In this document: positions 10,055 through 19,722 of the stretch, in pieces
How the letters are laid out: each line of letters opens with the position of its first letter
Position numbering within the stretch: position 1 is the first letter of the stretch
Assembly: GCA_040879765.1 (NCBI GenBank)
Contig: JBBDJQ010000001.1
Location: 204,263-268,262, forward strand
Origin: Candidatus Pacearchaeota archaeon
GTDB taxonomy: Archaea > Nanobdellota > Nanobdellia > Pacearchaeales > GW2011-AR1
Length of the DNA stretch: 64,000 nucleotides
Reading direction: 5' to 3'
Notes under the pieces: model-generated
Seen by the model: only the letters and a program-made list of their open reading frames with translations
The model's database searches: none
What the model was told of the DNA's origin: nothing
Translations under genes and position numbers: made by a program

Positions 10055-11338
10055 ATGACTTTAGAGAAGGTAAATCCTGGAGACTATGTTGAGGTAGATT
10101 TGATCAAGGATTCTTACAAAGGATTTTTCCTTGATGATTCTGAAAATAAGGGAGTTGCTTTGATAAAACTCGATTCAGGATATAATGTTGGATTTAATAG
10201 AAAAGATATTTTGAATTTAAAATTAATTAATAAGGCTTCAGCTAATGAGGATTTGCCTGACTTAAAAAAATCTTCTGATAGGCCCAATGTCGCTATGATA
10301 ATTACAGGAGGGACCATTGCAGCTAAGATGAATTCTAGAAAGGGAGGAGTTGATTGGCTTGATGAACCAAAATCTTTGTTTAAATTTTATCCGGAAATTT
10401 TTGATCTTGTTAATATTTCTAAAGTCGAGGTTCCTTTTATGAAGGCTTCTGAAGATATGGATTTTAAAGATTGGCAAAAGATAGCAAAAACTGTAAAAAA
10501 ACTTTTGAATGATTCAAATATTAAGGGAGTCATAATTACTCATGGGACTGATTTTTTACATTATACTTCTTCAATGTTGGGTTTCTTTTTGAAGGATTTG
10601 AATAAACCAGTTGTTTTAACTTATTCTCAGAAATCAATTGATCGTGCATCTTCAGATGCTAATTTGAATTTGAAATGTGCTGCTTTGGCTGCAATCTCTG
10701 AAATGGCTGAAGTTATGCTTGTTGGGCATGGGACAATTAATGACAATTTTTGTTTTGCTCTTCCAGGAAATAAGTCTAGAAAAATGCATTCATCAAGAAG
10801 AGACGCCTTTAAGGCTGTTAATGAAAAACCATTTGCCAAAATTTTTGAAGACAGGATAGAAATAATTAGAAATTATAATAAAAGGGACAATAAGAAAAAA
10901 GTTAAATTGGATTTGAAGTTTGAAAATAAAGTAGCTTTGATTAAATTTTATCCGGGGCAAAATCCGGACTTTCTTGATTATTATGTTAAGAAAAAATATA
11001 AAGGTTTAGTGATAGAAGCTTCGGGCCTTGGGCATTTGCCAAGTAGGAGATCTAGAAATTCTTGGATAAAAAAGTTGAAAGAAATTCAAGACAATGGAAT
11101 TACTGTTTGTATTACAACCCAGACAATTTATGGAAGGGTTGATGGATTTGTTTATTCTAATGGTAGAGAGGTTTTGAAAACCGGCGCTATTTATTTAGAA
11201 GATATGTTGCCCGAAACAGCTTTTGTTAAACTGGGATGGGTTTTAGGACATGGAGAGTGGATTAAGAGTAAAGAAATAATAAGACAGAAAATGCTTGAGA
11301 ATATTTCTGGAGAATTTAATGAAAGGTTAGAAGTTTAA
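10055..11338 (+). CDS. gatD: Glu-tRNA(Gln) amidotransferase subunit D
   Basis: N-terminal IKLDSGYNVG, asparaginase motifs TGGTIA and THGTD, KMHSSRRDAF. Confidence 0.96.
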   Translation: MTLEKVNPGDYVEVDLIKDSYKGFFLDDSENKGVALIKLDSGYNVGFNRKDILNLKLINKASANEDLPDLKKSSDRPNVAMIITGGTIAAKMNSRKGGVDWLDEPKSLFKFYPEIFDLVNISKVEVPFMKASEDMDFKDWQKIAKTVKKLLNDSNIKGVIITHGTDFLHYTSSMLGFFLKDLNKPVVLTYSQKSIDRASSDANLNLKCAALAAISEMAEVMLVGHGTINDNFCFALPGNKSRKMHSSRRDAFKAVNEKPFAKIFEDRIEIIRNYNKRDNKKKVKLDLKFENKVALIKFYPGQNPDFLDYYVKKKYKGLVIEASGLGHLPSRRSRNSWIKKLKEIQDNGITVCITTQTIYGRVDGFVYSNGREVLKTGAIYLEDMLPETAFVKLGWVLGHGEWIKSKEIIRQKMLENISGEFNERLEV

Positions 11339-11754
11339 TGTTTCTTTTTTTTGTGGAGGTTTTTTTCAATTCTTTTAAGCTGAGATTTTATTTCTAAGAT
11401 TGCTTTTTCAGCTCTTCTGTTAACTAGGTAATCATATTTTGCTTCAGCCCTATCTCTTTGATAGGTTCTATTTTGAGACATGAGAATTATTGGTGCTTGT
11501 ACTGCTGCTAGTGTCGAAAGTATGAAATTTAGTAAAATAAATGGATAAGGGTCCCAAGCTTTTCCGAATATTATCCAAGCAGTATTTATAGACATCCATA
11601 TTAACAAGAAAACCCCGAGGCTTATTATGAATGTCCAACTTCCTGCCCATTTTGTTAGTCCATCTGCAGCCCTTTGCCCAAAAGTTCTCGGGAGCTTACT
11701 AATTGGGTGCTCCACATCAAGAAACTTTGATTTGTGTTTCACCTTTTTTCCCAT
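11335..11754 (-). CDS. DUF1003-family membrane protein
   Basis: TFGQRAAD...GSWTFII...DPYPFILLNFILS...QAPIILMSQNR. Confidence 0.85.
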   Translation of the reverse strand: MGKKVKHKSKFLDVEHPISKLPRTFGQRAADGLTKWAGSWTFIISLGVFLLIWMSINTAWIIFGKAWDPYPFILLNFILSTLAAVQAPIILMSQNRTYQRDRAEAKYDYLVNRRAEKAILEIKSQLKRIEKNLHKKKKH

Positions 11755-11943
11755 TTCTTATCAAAGTATTTCTCAGTTATAAATTTATTTGAAGTTTTTA
11801 TAATTACTAAGGTTGAGGTGTTTAGCATTCTTTGAGATTATAAACTTTTTAAATAAAAAAGGATTAATCATATATCTGAATTTGATATAATTGCATAATT
11901 AAAAGTTAATTGAAGAAATAAAAGGAAGTCTTCTCTTGATTAA

Positions 11944-12372
11944 TTAAACCCTATCAGAGATTACTGCGCCGATTGATGAAGGAAAGGTAACTATTGCTAC
12001 TGTTTTAAATGCTAAAATGGCATTGTCATTCCAATGAGTTACATCTATAGACCATAGAAATAGGGCCACAACTATGAAAGAGATTATATAGGTTGCAAAA
12101 ATCCTTTTTGTCATTTCAGATAGGTGGTAAATTGGATTTTTCATTATGTTTTTTCTGTGGTAATGGTAATATGTGAAGATCCCTATGAAAAAGAATGTTA
12201 GGAGGATTATTACCAATATCTTGAAAATCGAAAGTGTTTCTCCAAGTTCCCAGACTTCTTGGGTGAAGCCTACAGGAATAGCTAATATAAATGCTCCAAT
12301 AATTATCTGCAAAAAATCATGGAAACTAACATTTGTTTTTATGGGTCTTTTCGAGTCTGCCTGATTTTTCAT
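11944..12372 (-). CDS. DUF2391-family membrane protein
   Basis: DFLQIIIGAFILAIPVGFTQEVW, four TM segments, FPSSIGAVISD. Confidence 0.75.
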   Translation of the reverse strand: MKNQADSKRPIKTNVSFHDFLQIIIGAFILAIPVGFTQEVWELGETLSIFKILVIILLTFFFIGIFTYYHYHRKNIMKNPIYHLSEMTKRIFATYIISFIVVALFLWSIDVTHWNDNAILAFKTVAIVTFPSSIGAVISDRV

Positions 12373-12480
12373 TTATCTGTTTCGTGATTCATCGTTATAA
12401 ACTTATTTAAATTACATTTATTAACTACTCTTGAGTTACTAATAGCAAGGTTTTTAAAGTAGAAACCAGTAGTTTGTTTT

Positions 12481-13284
12481 ATGAGTAGCAGATATATTAC
12501 TGGGGAATTAGTCAAAGAATTAAATAATGGGTTTTATCAGCTAGAGGACCATGATGAGTATGAGGTTGATGTATGTTGCCATCATAGGATGAGGAGAGCG
12601 ATAGAGAAAAACGCTAAATTAAATTCTTTTAGAATGGAAAATCCAAATACCGAGATTCCTTTTTCAATCCCTAAAAATAGAAAGCGCCATAGAATAAAAA
12701 AAGGAATAGAAAGTATTAATGCCGCATCTCAATGGGCTAAGGCTAATTTTGACCCAGATAATCTTGATGAATCCTTTTTTAGGGGAATTGCAAAAAGAAT
12801 TTTTCCAGACATGTATGCCGGAGACTTTGCATGGTATAGGGATACTGGAACAACAATAAGTGGTGCAAGTGTCACTCCTCCATACCCTTATAAATTACAG
12901 GAGATAGAAATTCCAAAGTTTACTGAAGAATTAAAATCTCTTTTAAAATACAAGGAAAAAATAAATGGGGTGGAAGCAGCAATTTATGCTCATCTGCATT
13001 TGGTGAGGATTCACCCCTTTGTTGATGGAAATGGAAGAACTTGCAGGGTTTTACAAGATACAATTTTGGATTCCTATGGAATTCCAGTTCCGGTTATAGA
13101 ATCTGGCGAAAGAATGACTTATTATTCTCTTTTAGATAGTGCTGTATATGATTGGAAACATAAGGGGGGAAAAGAAAGAGGAAATGTAACAAAAGGAGAA
13201 AGAATTTTTTATGATTACCTTGCAGGAAAGGTAAATATTTCACTTGAGAAGGTTATTGAAAGTTGTAATAAACACAACCAATAA
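12481..13284 (+). CDS. Fic-domain protein (AMP transferase family)
   Basis: Complete motif HPFVDGNGRTCR; N-terminal SFRMEN fits (S/T)xxxE(G/N). Confidence 0.92.
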   Translation: MSSRYITGELVKELNNGFYQLEDHDEYEVDVCCHHRMRRAIEKNAKLNSFRMENPNTEIPFSIPKNRKRHRIKKGIESINAASQWAKANFDPDNLDESFFRGIAKRIFPDMYAGDFAWYRDTGTTISGASVTPPYPYKLQEIEIPKFTEELKSLLKYKEKINGVEAAIYAHLHLVRIHPFVDGNGRTCRVLQDTILDSYGIPVPVIESGERMTYYSLLDSAVYDWKHKGGKERGNVTKGERIFYDYLAGKVNISLEKVIESCNKHNQ

Positions 13285-13319
13285 ACAAATTTAATAAACC
13301 ATCCTTCTTTTTCTTATTT

Positions 13320-14765
13320 ATGTCTGAAGAGATTGATTATGAAAAAGTTGGCTTGAAGTGTGGTTTGGAAATCCACCAGCAATTAGACACTGAAAAATTG
13401 TTTTGCAATTGTCCTTCTCTTATAAGAAAAGACGATCCTGAGTTTTTTGTTGAAAGAAAACTTCATGCAGTTGCAGGAGAAAGTGGAGAAGTTGATAAGG
13501 CCGCAGAATATCAGGCAGCTTTGAAAAAAACATATTCTTATCAAGGATACTCAACAACTTGCTTGGTTGAATTTGATGAATCTCCTCCTAGAGAAATTAA
13601 TTCTGAAGCTTTAAGGATAGCAACTCAAATTTCTATTTTACTTAATGCAAAAATTATTCCAATAACTCAAATAATGAGGAAGATAGTTATTGATGGCTCT
13701 AATACTTCTGGCTTTCAGAGAACGGTTCTTTTTGCTAGGGATGGATTTGTTGAAACTTCTTATGGAAAAGTCAGGATAGATACAATTTGTTTAGAAGAAG
13801 ATTCTGCAAGAATTGTTTCTAAGGAAAAAGACAAAGTTATTTTTAGACTTGATAGGCTTGGAATTCCTTTAATTGAAATTGCAACTGCGCCAGATATAAA
13901 AAATCCTGAACAGGCAAAAGAAGTGGCACTTTATATTGGAAATGTTTTGCGGAGTTGTAAGGTTAAAAGGGGCTTGGGAACAATAAGGCAGGACGTCAAT
14001 GTTTCTGTTAAAAAAGGAAAGCGGGTTGAAATAAAAGGGGTTCAGAATCCTGAGCTAATCAAGAAAGCAGTTGAAGAAGAAGCTAAGAGACAGATTGGTT
14101 TAATTGAAAAGAAGAAAAAATTTGAATCAGAAGTTAGAAAAGTTTTGCTTGATGGAAAGACAGAATTTTTGAGACCAATGCCTGGAGCCTCAAGAATGTA
14201 CCCTGAAACAGATTTGCCTTTATTGAGAATTCATAGAGATTTTATTAATCATATAAAGAAGAATTTACCCAAATTAAGACAAGAATCCGAAAGAGAATTA
14301 AAAAGAAAAGGACTATCTCAAGAATCAATAAAGATGATTCTTTCTGGTTATTTAGATGACTTTGAAGAATTACTTAAAATTTATTCTAAAGATCCTGAAT
14401 TAATTGCAAAGATGCTTACAGTTTGGAGGAGAGAGATTTCTACAAAATCGAAAAAAACTTTAAAGGCAATGGAAGAGATTATAAACTTCGATGTTTTGTC
14501 AAAAATTTTAACTGAAGTAAAAAAAGGAATGTTAAGAAAAGAATATGTTCGTCAAATATTTTCTGATTTAGTTAAAGGGATTCCCTTAGAAGATTCTATA
14601 AGAAGGGAAGAATCAAACTTTGATGAGATTGAAGAAAAGATTATTTCGATTATAAAATCTAAGCCTGGGCTTTCTGAAAAGGCTTATATGGGATTGGCTA
14701 TGAAGGAATTTAAAGGAAAAATTTCTGGAAGTGAGGTGATAAAAATACTTAAGAAACATTTTTGA
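13320..14765 (+). CDS. gatE: Glu-tRNA(Gln) amidotransferase subunit E, short form
   Basis: GLKCGLEIHQQL, DGSNTSGFQRT, LEEDSAR, LDRLGIPLIEIAT, KRGLGTIRQDVN, RPMPGASRMYPETD. Confidence 0.96.
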   Translation: MSEEIDYEKVGLKCGLEIHQQLDTEKLFCNCPSLIRKDDPEFFVERKLHAVAGESGEVDKAAEYQAALKKTYSYQGYSTTCLVEFDESPPREINSEALRIATQISILLNAKIIPITQIMRKIVIDGSNTSGFQRTVLFARDGFVETSYGKVRIDTICLEEDSARIVSKEKDKVIFRLDRLGIPLIEIATAPDIKNPEQAKEVALYIGNVLRSCKVKRGLGTIRQDVNVSVKKGKRVEIKGVQNPELIKKAVEEEAKRQIGLIEKKKKFESEVRKVLLDGKTEFLRPMPGASRMYPETDLPLLRIHRDFINHIKKNLPKLRQESERELKRKGLSQESIKMILSGYLDDFEELLKIYSKDPELIAKMLTVWRREISTKSKKTLKAMEEIINFDVLSKILTEVKKGMLRKEYVRQIFSDLVKGIPLEDSIRREESNFDEIEEKIISIIKSKPGLSEKAYMGLAMKEFKGKISGSEVIKILKKHF

Positions 14766-14804
14766 TATCAAACATTTTAAAAATGTATCTTGTTTATTTT
14801 TTGC

Positions 14805-15137
14805 ATGGATGACGGAATTAGTGTTGGAGGAATTGTTAAGACCTCTTTAGTTACTGCTTTAACCATAGCAGCAGCACTGGTTTGGAAGGATGTTTTCACC
14901 CATACAATAGAGATTCTTTTTCCCGGAGAAATTCTTTTTTATCAATTTATTGGAGCAATTATTGCCACAGTCCTTGTTGTGTTAGTTATTTACGTGGTTC
15001 TTAAAACAGAAAGCAGAGCAGAGATTCTTATAAGGGATTTAACTCATGTAGATAAAAAGAAGAGGAAGAAAATAATAAAAGAAATTAAAGAAGCGGAAAG
15101 AAAAAATGAAAAAAGAAAGTATAGGAAATCTAAGTAA
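14805..15137 (+). CDS. Small membrane protein (DUF5654-like)
   Basis: ATG at 14805 preferred; SLVTALTIAAALVWKD plus a second TM helix. Confidence 0.6.
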   Translation: MDDGISVGGIVKTSLVTALTIAAALVWKDVFTHTIEILFPGEILFYQFIGAIIATVLVVLVIYVVLKTESRAEILIRDLTHVDKKKRKKIIKEIKEAERKNEKRKYRKSK

Positions 15138-16413
15138 GAATCGGATTTTGATAAAAGATGTTTTTTCAAAAAAATCAGGGAGCGTTGAGATTTTTGGATG
15201 GGTTTCTAACACAAGAGACCTTAGCAAGGTGAAATTCCTTTTAGTCAGAGATTCTTCTGGGACGATTCAAGTTACGGGAATCAAAGGAAAAACAGACGAC
15301 AAGATTTTCAAAGATATGGAAAAGATTTCTCGAGAATCTGTGGTTTATGTTAAAGGTTCTGTCAAAGAATCCAAGCAAGCTCCTGGAGGAAAGGAAATTA
15401 ATCCTGATGAAATTATTGTTTTAAATTCTGCAGAAGAATTACCAATAGATGTTATGGATTTTTCAAAAACTGAATTGCCAAAGAGATTGGATTATAGATT
15501 TTTGGATTTGCACAGAAGAAAAATCCAAAGTATTTTTAATATTCAAGGACAGATTGCAGCATCTTTCAGAAAATTTTTTTATGATGAAGGATTTAAGGAA
15601 GTTTTTTTGCCTTCAATAATTTCGAGTTCAAGTGAGGGGGGAACAGAATTATTTCCAGTTAAATATTTTGAAAAGAAAGCTTATCTTGCTCAAAGCCCCC
15701 AATTATATAAACAGATGATTGCAACCTCTCCTATAGAAAAAGTTTTTACAATTACTCCTGTTTGGCGAGCAGAGAAACACAATACTGTTAGACACATAAA
15801 TGAAGCAAGACAGATGGATATCGAAGTTGCATTTGCTGACCAAGAAATAGTTATGAAACAGCTTGAAAAATCTGTCCAGTTTATTGTTAAGGAATTAAAT
15901 GAAAAATGTAAAGATGACTTGGAAGTTCTTGAATTAAAGTTGAAGGTTCCAAAGGCAAAGTACATTTCTTACGAGGAAACTTGTAAGCTTTTGAATATTT
16001 CTTATGGAGAAGATCTAAATCCTGGGAATGAAAAAGATTTGGAGAAGAAATTTCCAGACACAATTGTTTTTGTACATTCCTGGCCAGCTAAATTAAAACC
16101 TTTTTACATAATGCCTAAAGATGAAAATGCTAAAGCAGAGTTGAGTGAAGGTTTTGATGCTATTTACAAAGGGCTTGAAATTTCCTCGGGAGGACAAAGA
16201 ATTCATCTACCTGCTTTATTGGAAATTTCTTTGAAAGATAAAGGATTGGATCCAAAAGAGTTCAAATCCTACATTGATAGTTTTAGATTTGGAGCCCCCC
16301 CTCATGCAGGATGGTCTATTGGATTAGAAAGATTAACAACTGTTCTTTGCGGTTTGGACAATATAAGAGAAGCCACCCTTTTCCCAAGAGATAGAGATAG
16401 ATTGGAGCCTTAA
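15106..16413 (+). CDS. aspS: Aspartyl-tRNA synthetase, archaeal short type, probably non-discriminating
   Basis: OB-fold GWV..RD, AYLAQSPQLYKQ, motif 2 WRAEKHNTVRHINE, motif 3 GLERL; Pro in L1 loop (KQAPGG). Confidence 0.93.
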   Translation: MKKESIGNLSKNRILIKDVFSKKSGSVEIFGWVSNTRDLSKVKFLLVRDSSGTIQVTGIKGKTDDKIFKDMEKISRESVVYVKGSVKESKQAPGGKEINPDEIIVLNSAEELPIDVMDFSKTELPKRLDYRFLDLHRRKIQSIFNIQGQIAASFRKFFYDEGFKEVFLPSIISSSSEGGTELFPVKYFEKKAYLAQSPQLYKQMIATSPIEKVFTITPVWRAEKHNTVRHINEARQMDIEVAFADQEIVMKQLEKSVQFIVKELNEKCKDDLEVLELKLKVPKAKYISYEETCKLLNISYGEDLNPGNEKDLEKKFPDTIVFVHSWPAKLKPFYIMPKDENAKAELSEGFDAIYKGLEISSGGQRIHLPALLEISLKDKGLDPKEFKSYIDSFRFGAPPHAGWSIGLERLTTVLCGLDNIREATLFPRDRDRLEP

Positions 16414-17211
16414 ATGAAAATAGTTGTCTTTGGATGCTTACATGGTTCTAAGAAAGCCAAAAGAGCCCCTCTAAAAGGGACGAATTTAATTCTTATTGCA
16501 GGAGATTTAGGAAAGGCGGATTTGATGAGGGAGATGTATTTCAAAAATATTGAGAGGAAGAAAAAAGGATTAGAGGAAATTGAATATTCTCCCAAGGAAC
16601 AAAAGAGGGCCTTTATGGAAGCTTACGATTCTTCAGTTGAAATTGTAGAATTTTTATCAAGTTTTGCGCCAGTTTACATGATTTACGGAAATGTTGAAAT
16701 TTCAAATAAAGAGACTAAGAAACTTTCAAAAGAAATAGGGTTGAAGTTACCTTCTTTAACAGATAAATTAAATTCAATGAAAAATGTTAGGATTATTAAT
16801 AATAAATTTGTTAAGTTCAAACATCTAAGGATCGGAGGAGTCAAATTTTTTACAGATTCTTGCTGGGTAAGAGAATTTAAACCAAAAGATTATTCAGATA
16901 ATTTGAAGAAAGCGAAAAAAGCGTCCAAAAAAGTTGAAGAGGTTTTGAAAAAATTTAAAGATTTAGATATTTTCATTTCTCACCAGCCACCTTATGGAAT
17001 TTTAGATAGAGTCACAGCTAAATTTGCTCCAAAACATTGGAAAGGAAAAAATGCTGGAAGCAAAGTTTTGTTAAATTATGTTGAGAAGAAAAAACCAAAA
17101 TTTCATTTATGTGCGCATATTCATGAAGGAAAAGGAAGGAAAAAAATTGGAAAAACTGAGATTATTAATATAGGCTCCAACGGAGATTACGTTGTTTTGA
17201 ATATAGATTAA
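16414..17211 (+). CDS. Calcineurin-like metallophosphoesterase with variant motifs
   Basis: GCLHG, AGD, GNVE, SHQPP, HIHE. Confidence 0.85.
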   Translation: MKIVVFGCLHGSKKAKRAPLKGTNLILIAGDLGKADLMREMYFKNIERKKKGLEEIEYSPKEQKRAFMEAYDSSVEIVEFLSSFAPVYMIYGNVEISNKETKKLSKEIGLKLPSLTDKLNSMKNVRIINNKFVKFKHLRIGGVKFFTDSCWVREFKPKDYSDNLKKAKKASKKVEEVLKKFKDLDIFISHQPPYGILDRVTAKFAPKHWKGKNAGSKVLLNYVEKKKPKFHLCAHIHEGKGRKKIGKTEIINIGSNGDYVVLNID

Positions 17212-17241
17212 TCTTAAATACTTTCTCTTTTTGTTAAGGTT

Positions 17242-17508
17242 ATGTCAAATGATTTTTTATTCCACAAGGTTTCTGAGGATGAAAAGAAATCTATAAAGCA
17301 AGAAGCAAAGGAGATTATGGAAAAATTTTCTGAGAAGCTTTCTAAAATAGATGATAAATCCTTAGAAGTTTTTGTAGAGAGGAATGAGTTTGAAAGGGAA
17401 GAGAACGAAAATGAATCTAAGGTTGATGAAGATTTTAGGAAAAGAATTCTTGATAATGCTCCAAATAAAAATGAGGATTTTATTCTGGGAGAAAAGAAAG
17501 GATGGTAG
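17242..17508 (+). CDS. gatC: Amidotransferase subunit C (GatC-like)
   Basis: 88 aa acidic protein, C-terminal RILDNAPNKNEDFI, position upstream of gatA. Confidence 0.7.
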   Translation: MSNDFLFHKVSEDEKKSIKQEAKEIMEKFSEKLSKIDDKSLEVFVERNEFEREENENESKVDEDFRKRILDNAPNKNEDFILGEKKGW

Positions 17509-17978
17509 ATTTAGAAAAAATTGATTGGGAGGGGATTATCATTTCTGCCATAGAAAACCCAAAATCTTTTGATTTTTGTGGATTCAAGGAGTTGAAAGAA
17601 AAATCTATTGAAGAAGAAAAGCATTTCAAAGAAAAAACTGTTTTTGAGAATAGCAATTATAAACTTATTTTTAAGATTGGATGGGATAAAAGAAAATTTT
17701 TCTTTTTATATGAACATAAAATAATTAATAAAAATTCTGGAGAAGTTATAGCTAGAGTTGATGAATCTCATGGTCTCCATAGGCCTCACAGGCATATTCA
17801 TTCTGGAGAATTTGTAATCTTTAACCCAGAAGCTTTAGTTGAAAAGTTGGAGCACCCAATCATTTCCTTGATAATAAATTCTGAAAGCGAAGAAAGGAAA
17901 AAAGAATGGATATTTCAATTAGCTAATGAATTAAAATTTTCACAAAAGAATTGGAGATACTTAAAATTAGGAAAATGA
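17502..17978 (+). CDS. Hypothetical protein with RxDxxHG...PHxH motif
   Basis: Overlaps the gatC stop and the gatA start (ATGA). Confidence 0.7.
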   Translation: MVDLEKIDWEGIIISAIENPKSFDFCGFKELKEKSIEEEKHFKEKTVFENSNYKLIFKIGWDKRKFFFLYEHKIINKNSGEVIARVDESHGLHRPHRHIHSGEFVIFNPEALVEKLEHPIISLIINSESEERKKEWIFQLANELKFSQKNWRYLKLGK

Positions 17979-19300
17979 CAACTGAACAAAAATTAAAAAA
18001 ATATTTGGAAGAGATTGAAAGAAATGATAAAAAAGGAAAAGAAATAAATGCCTTTCTTCAATTACGGAATGAAAAAGAGTTAATTAATGAAGCAAAAGAA
18101 ATTGATAAAAAAATAAAATTGGGAAAGGCAGGGAAGCTTGCTGGAAAAATAATTGCTGTTAAAGCAAACATAAATGTTTTGGGCTTGAATATTTCTTGTG
18201 GAAGTAAGGTTTTGGAAAATTATAAAGGAACTTATGATGCAGATGTTATAAAAAAAATAAAATCTGAAGATGGTTTGATCATTGGTTTAACCAATATGGA
18301 TGAATTTGCTTCTGGTTCTTCTGGAGAAACATCTGCTTTTGGTCCGACAAGGAATCCAAAGAATTCAGAATTAATTCCCGGAGGTTCTTCAAGTGGCTCA
18401 GCAGCTTCGGTAAGTGCTGGTTTTTGTGATATGGCTTTAGGTTCAGATACCGCAGGAAGTATAAGGAATCCTGCAAGTCATTGTGGAGTTGTGGGTATAA
18501 AACCAAGCTATTCAAGTGTTTCAAGATATGGATTAATTGATTTATCAATGAGTTTAGATCAGATTGGACCTTTAGCAAAAAATGTTTATGAATCTGCACT
18601 TTTGCTTGAAACCATAATGGGAAAATCTGAAAAAGATTCTATCTCTCAAGATTCCTCGATAAATCTTAAAGAAATTGAAAAAGTCCCAAAAAATATTGTT
18701 GTTGGTTTGTTGGATTTTGATTTTGGAGATGAAGAAATAAGGAATAAAATAAATGAGAAAGCTGAAGAAGCAGCAAATAAATATGGTTGGATTTTGAAAA
18801 AAATTTCTTTACCTTCGATTGAATTTTCAGTTGAGACCTATTATCCTTTGGTTTATGTCGAATTTTTTTCTTCTACTAGGAGATTGGATGGAAGAAGATA
18901 TGGATTAAAAATAGAAGATGCTGCTGGTCCTGAAGTTTTGAGAAGAATACTTGGAGGTTTAGAAATAAGCAAGGCTGAATATAGTGGGAGGTATTATCAT
19001 AAGGCTTTGAAAGCCAAAAAAATAATTGAAAATGAATTTGACAAAGTTTTTAATAAAATTGATTGCATAATTTCTCCGACTGTTCCAAAACTACCTCATA
19101 AAATTGGAAGTAAAATTTCAGTTGAAGAAATGTATGCTTATGATGCCTTAACTGTTCCTTCTAATTTGGCAGGAAATTGTGCAATTTCAATTCCTGTCTC
19201 GGAAATTGATGGAGTTCCTGTTGGATTGCAAATTGTTTGCGATAAATTTCAAGAAGAAAAGATGTTTAAGATTGCAAGAAGTATAGAAAAATTAGGATAA
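17975..19300 (+). CDS. gatA: Amidotransferase subunit A (amidase signature)
   Basis: IAVKAN, TNMDEFASGSS, PGGSSSGSAA, GSDTAGSIRNPASHCG. ATG at 17975 preferred over TTG at 17951. Confidence 0.96.
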   Translation: MTTEQKLKKYLEEIERNDKKGKEINAFLQLRNEKELINEAKEIDKKIKLGKAGKLAGKIIAVKANINVLGLNISCGSKVLENYKGTYDADVIKKIKSEDGLIIGLTNMDEFASGSSGETSAFGPTRNPKNSELIPGGSSSGSAASVSAGFCDMALGSDTAGSIRNPASHCGVVGIKPSYSSVSRYGLIDLSMSLDQIGPLAKNVYESALLLETIMGKSEKDSISQDSSINLKEIEKVPKNIVVGLLDFDFGDEEIRNKINEKAEEAANKYGWILKKISLPSIEFSVETYYPLVYVEFFSSTRRLDGRRYGLKIEDAAGPEVLRRILGGLEISKAEYSGRYYHKALKAKKIIENEFDKVFNKIDCIISPTVPKLPHKIGSKISVEEMYAYDALTVPSNLAGNCAISIPVSEIDGVPVGLQIVCDKFQEEKMFKIARSIEKLG

Positions 19301-19707
19301 AGTTGGACTTGAAATAAAAAATATATAATACATTACCAGTATATTTTACATAAGAGATGATGATGTCCCTTACATGAACTAAGTTTTTCAGCTGAAACTG
19401 ATTCCACTAGTATAAGGCCATGCAATGCTCTGATGAAATTTGCTTGGTTAGTTTGAAAGAGGCAAAAAATTATAATTTGATTGGATGAATTTATGAAGAA
19501 ATAGAAATTTTGAATAAAAAATTGAAAACTGAAATGCCTCTGGGTGGAATAAATACTCTTTTTAGCATTTTCTGGCTTTTTCAAATAGCTCTTTTACAAT
19601 CAAAATATTTTTAAAGATCGAAGATGTAGTTTTTTTAAGCTCGGGGTTAAATTTATCCAGAAAGAGGATTTTCTCTTTGAGAAATTGCTCGAGTAATAGG
19701 AGTTGAA

Positions 19708-19714
19708 AGGAGGT
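19708..19714 (+). promoter_or_regulatory. Shine-Dalgarno site of ftsZ
   Basis: AGGAGGT 8 nt before the ATG. Confidence 0.7.
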
Positions 19715-19722
19715 ATAAAATA

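Noticed and set aside
19357-19401. C/D-box sRNA
   Set aside because: C box and CTGA are present, but there is no convincing C'/D' pair or terminal stem, and the putative guide is too short to trust.
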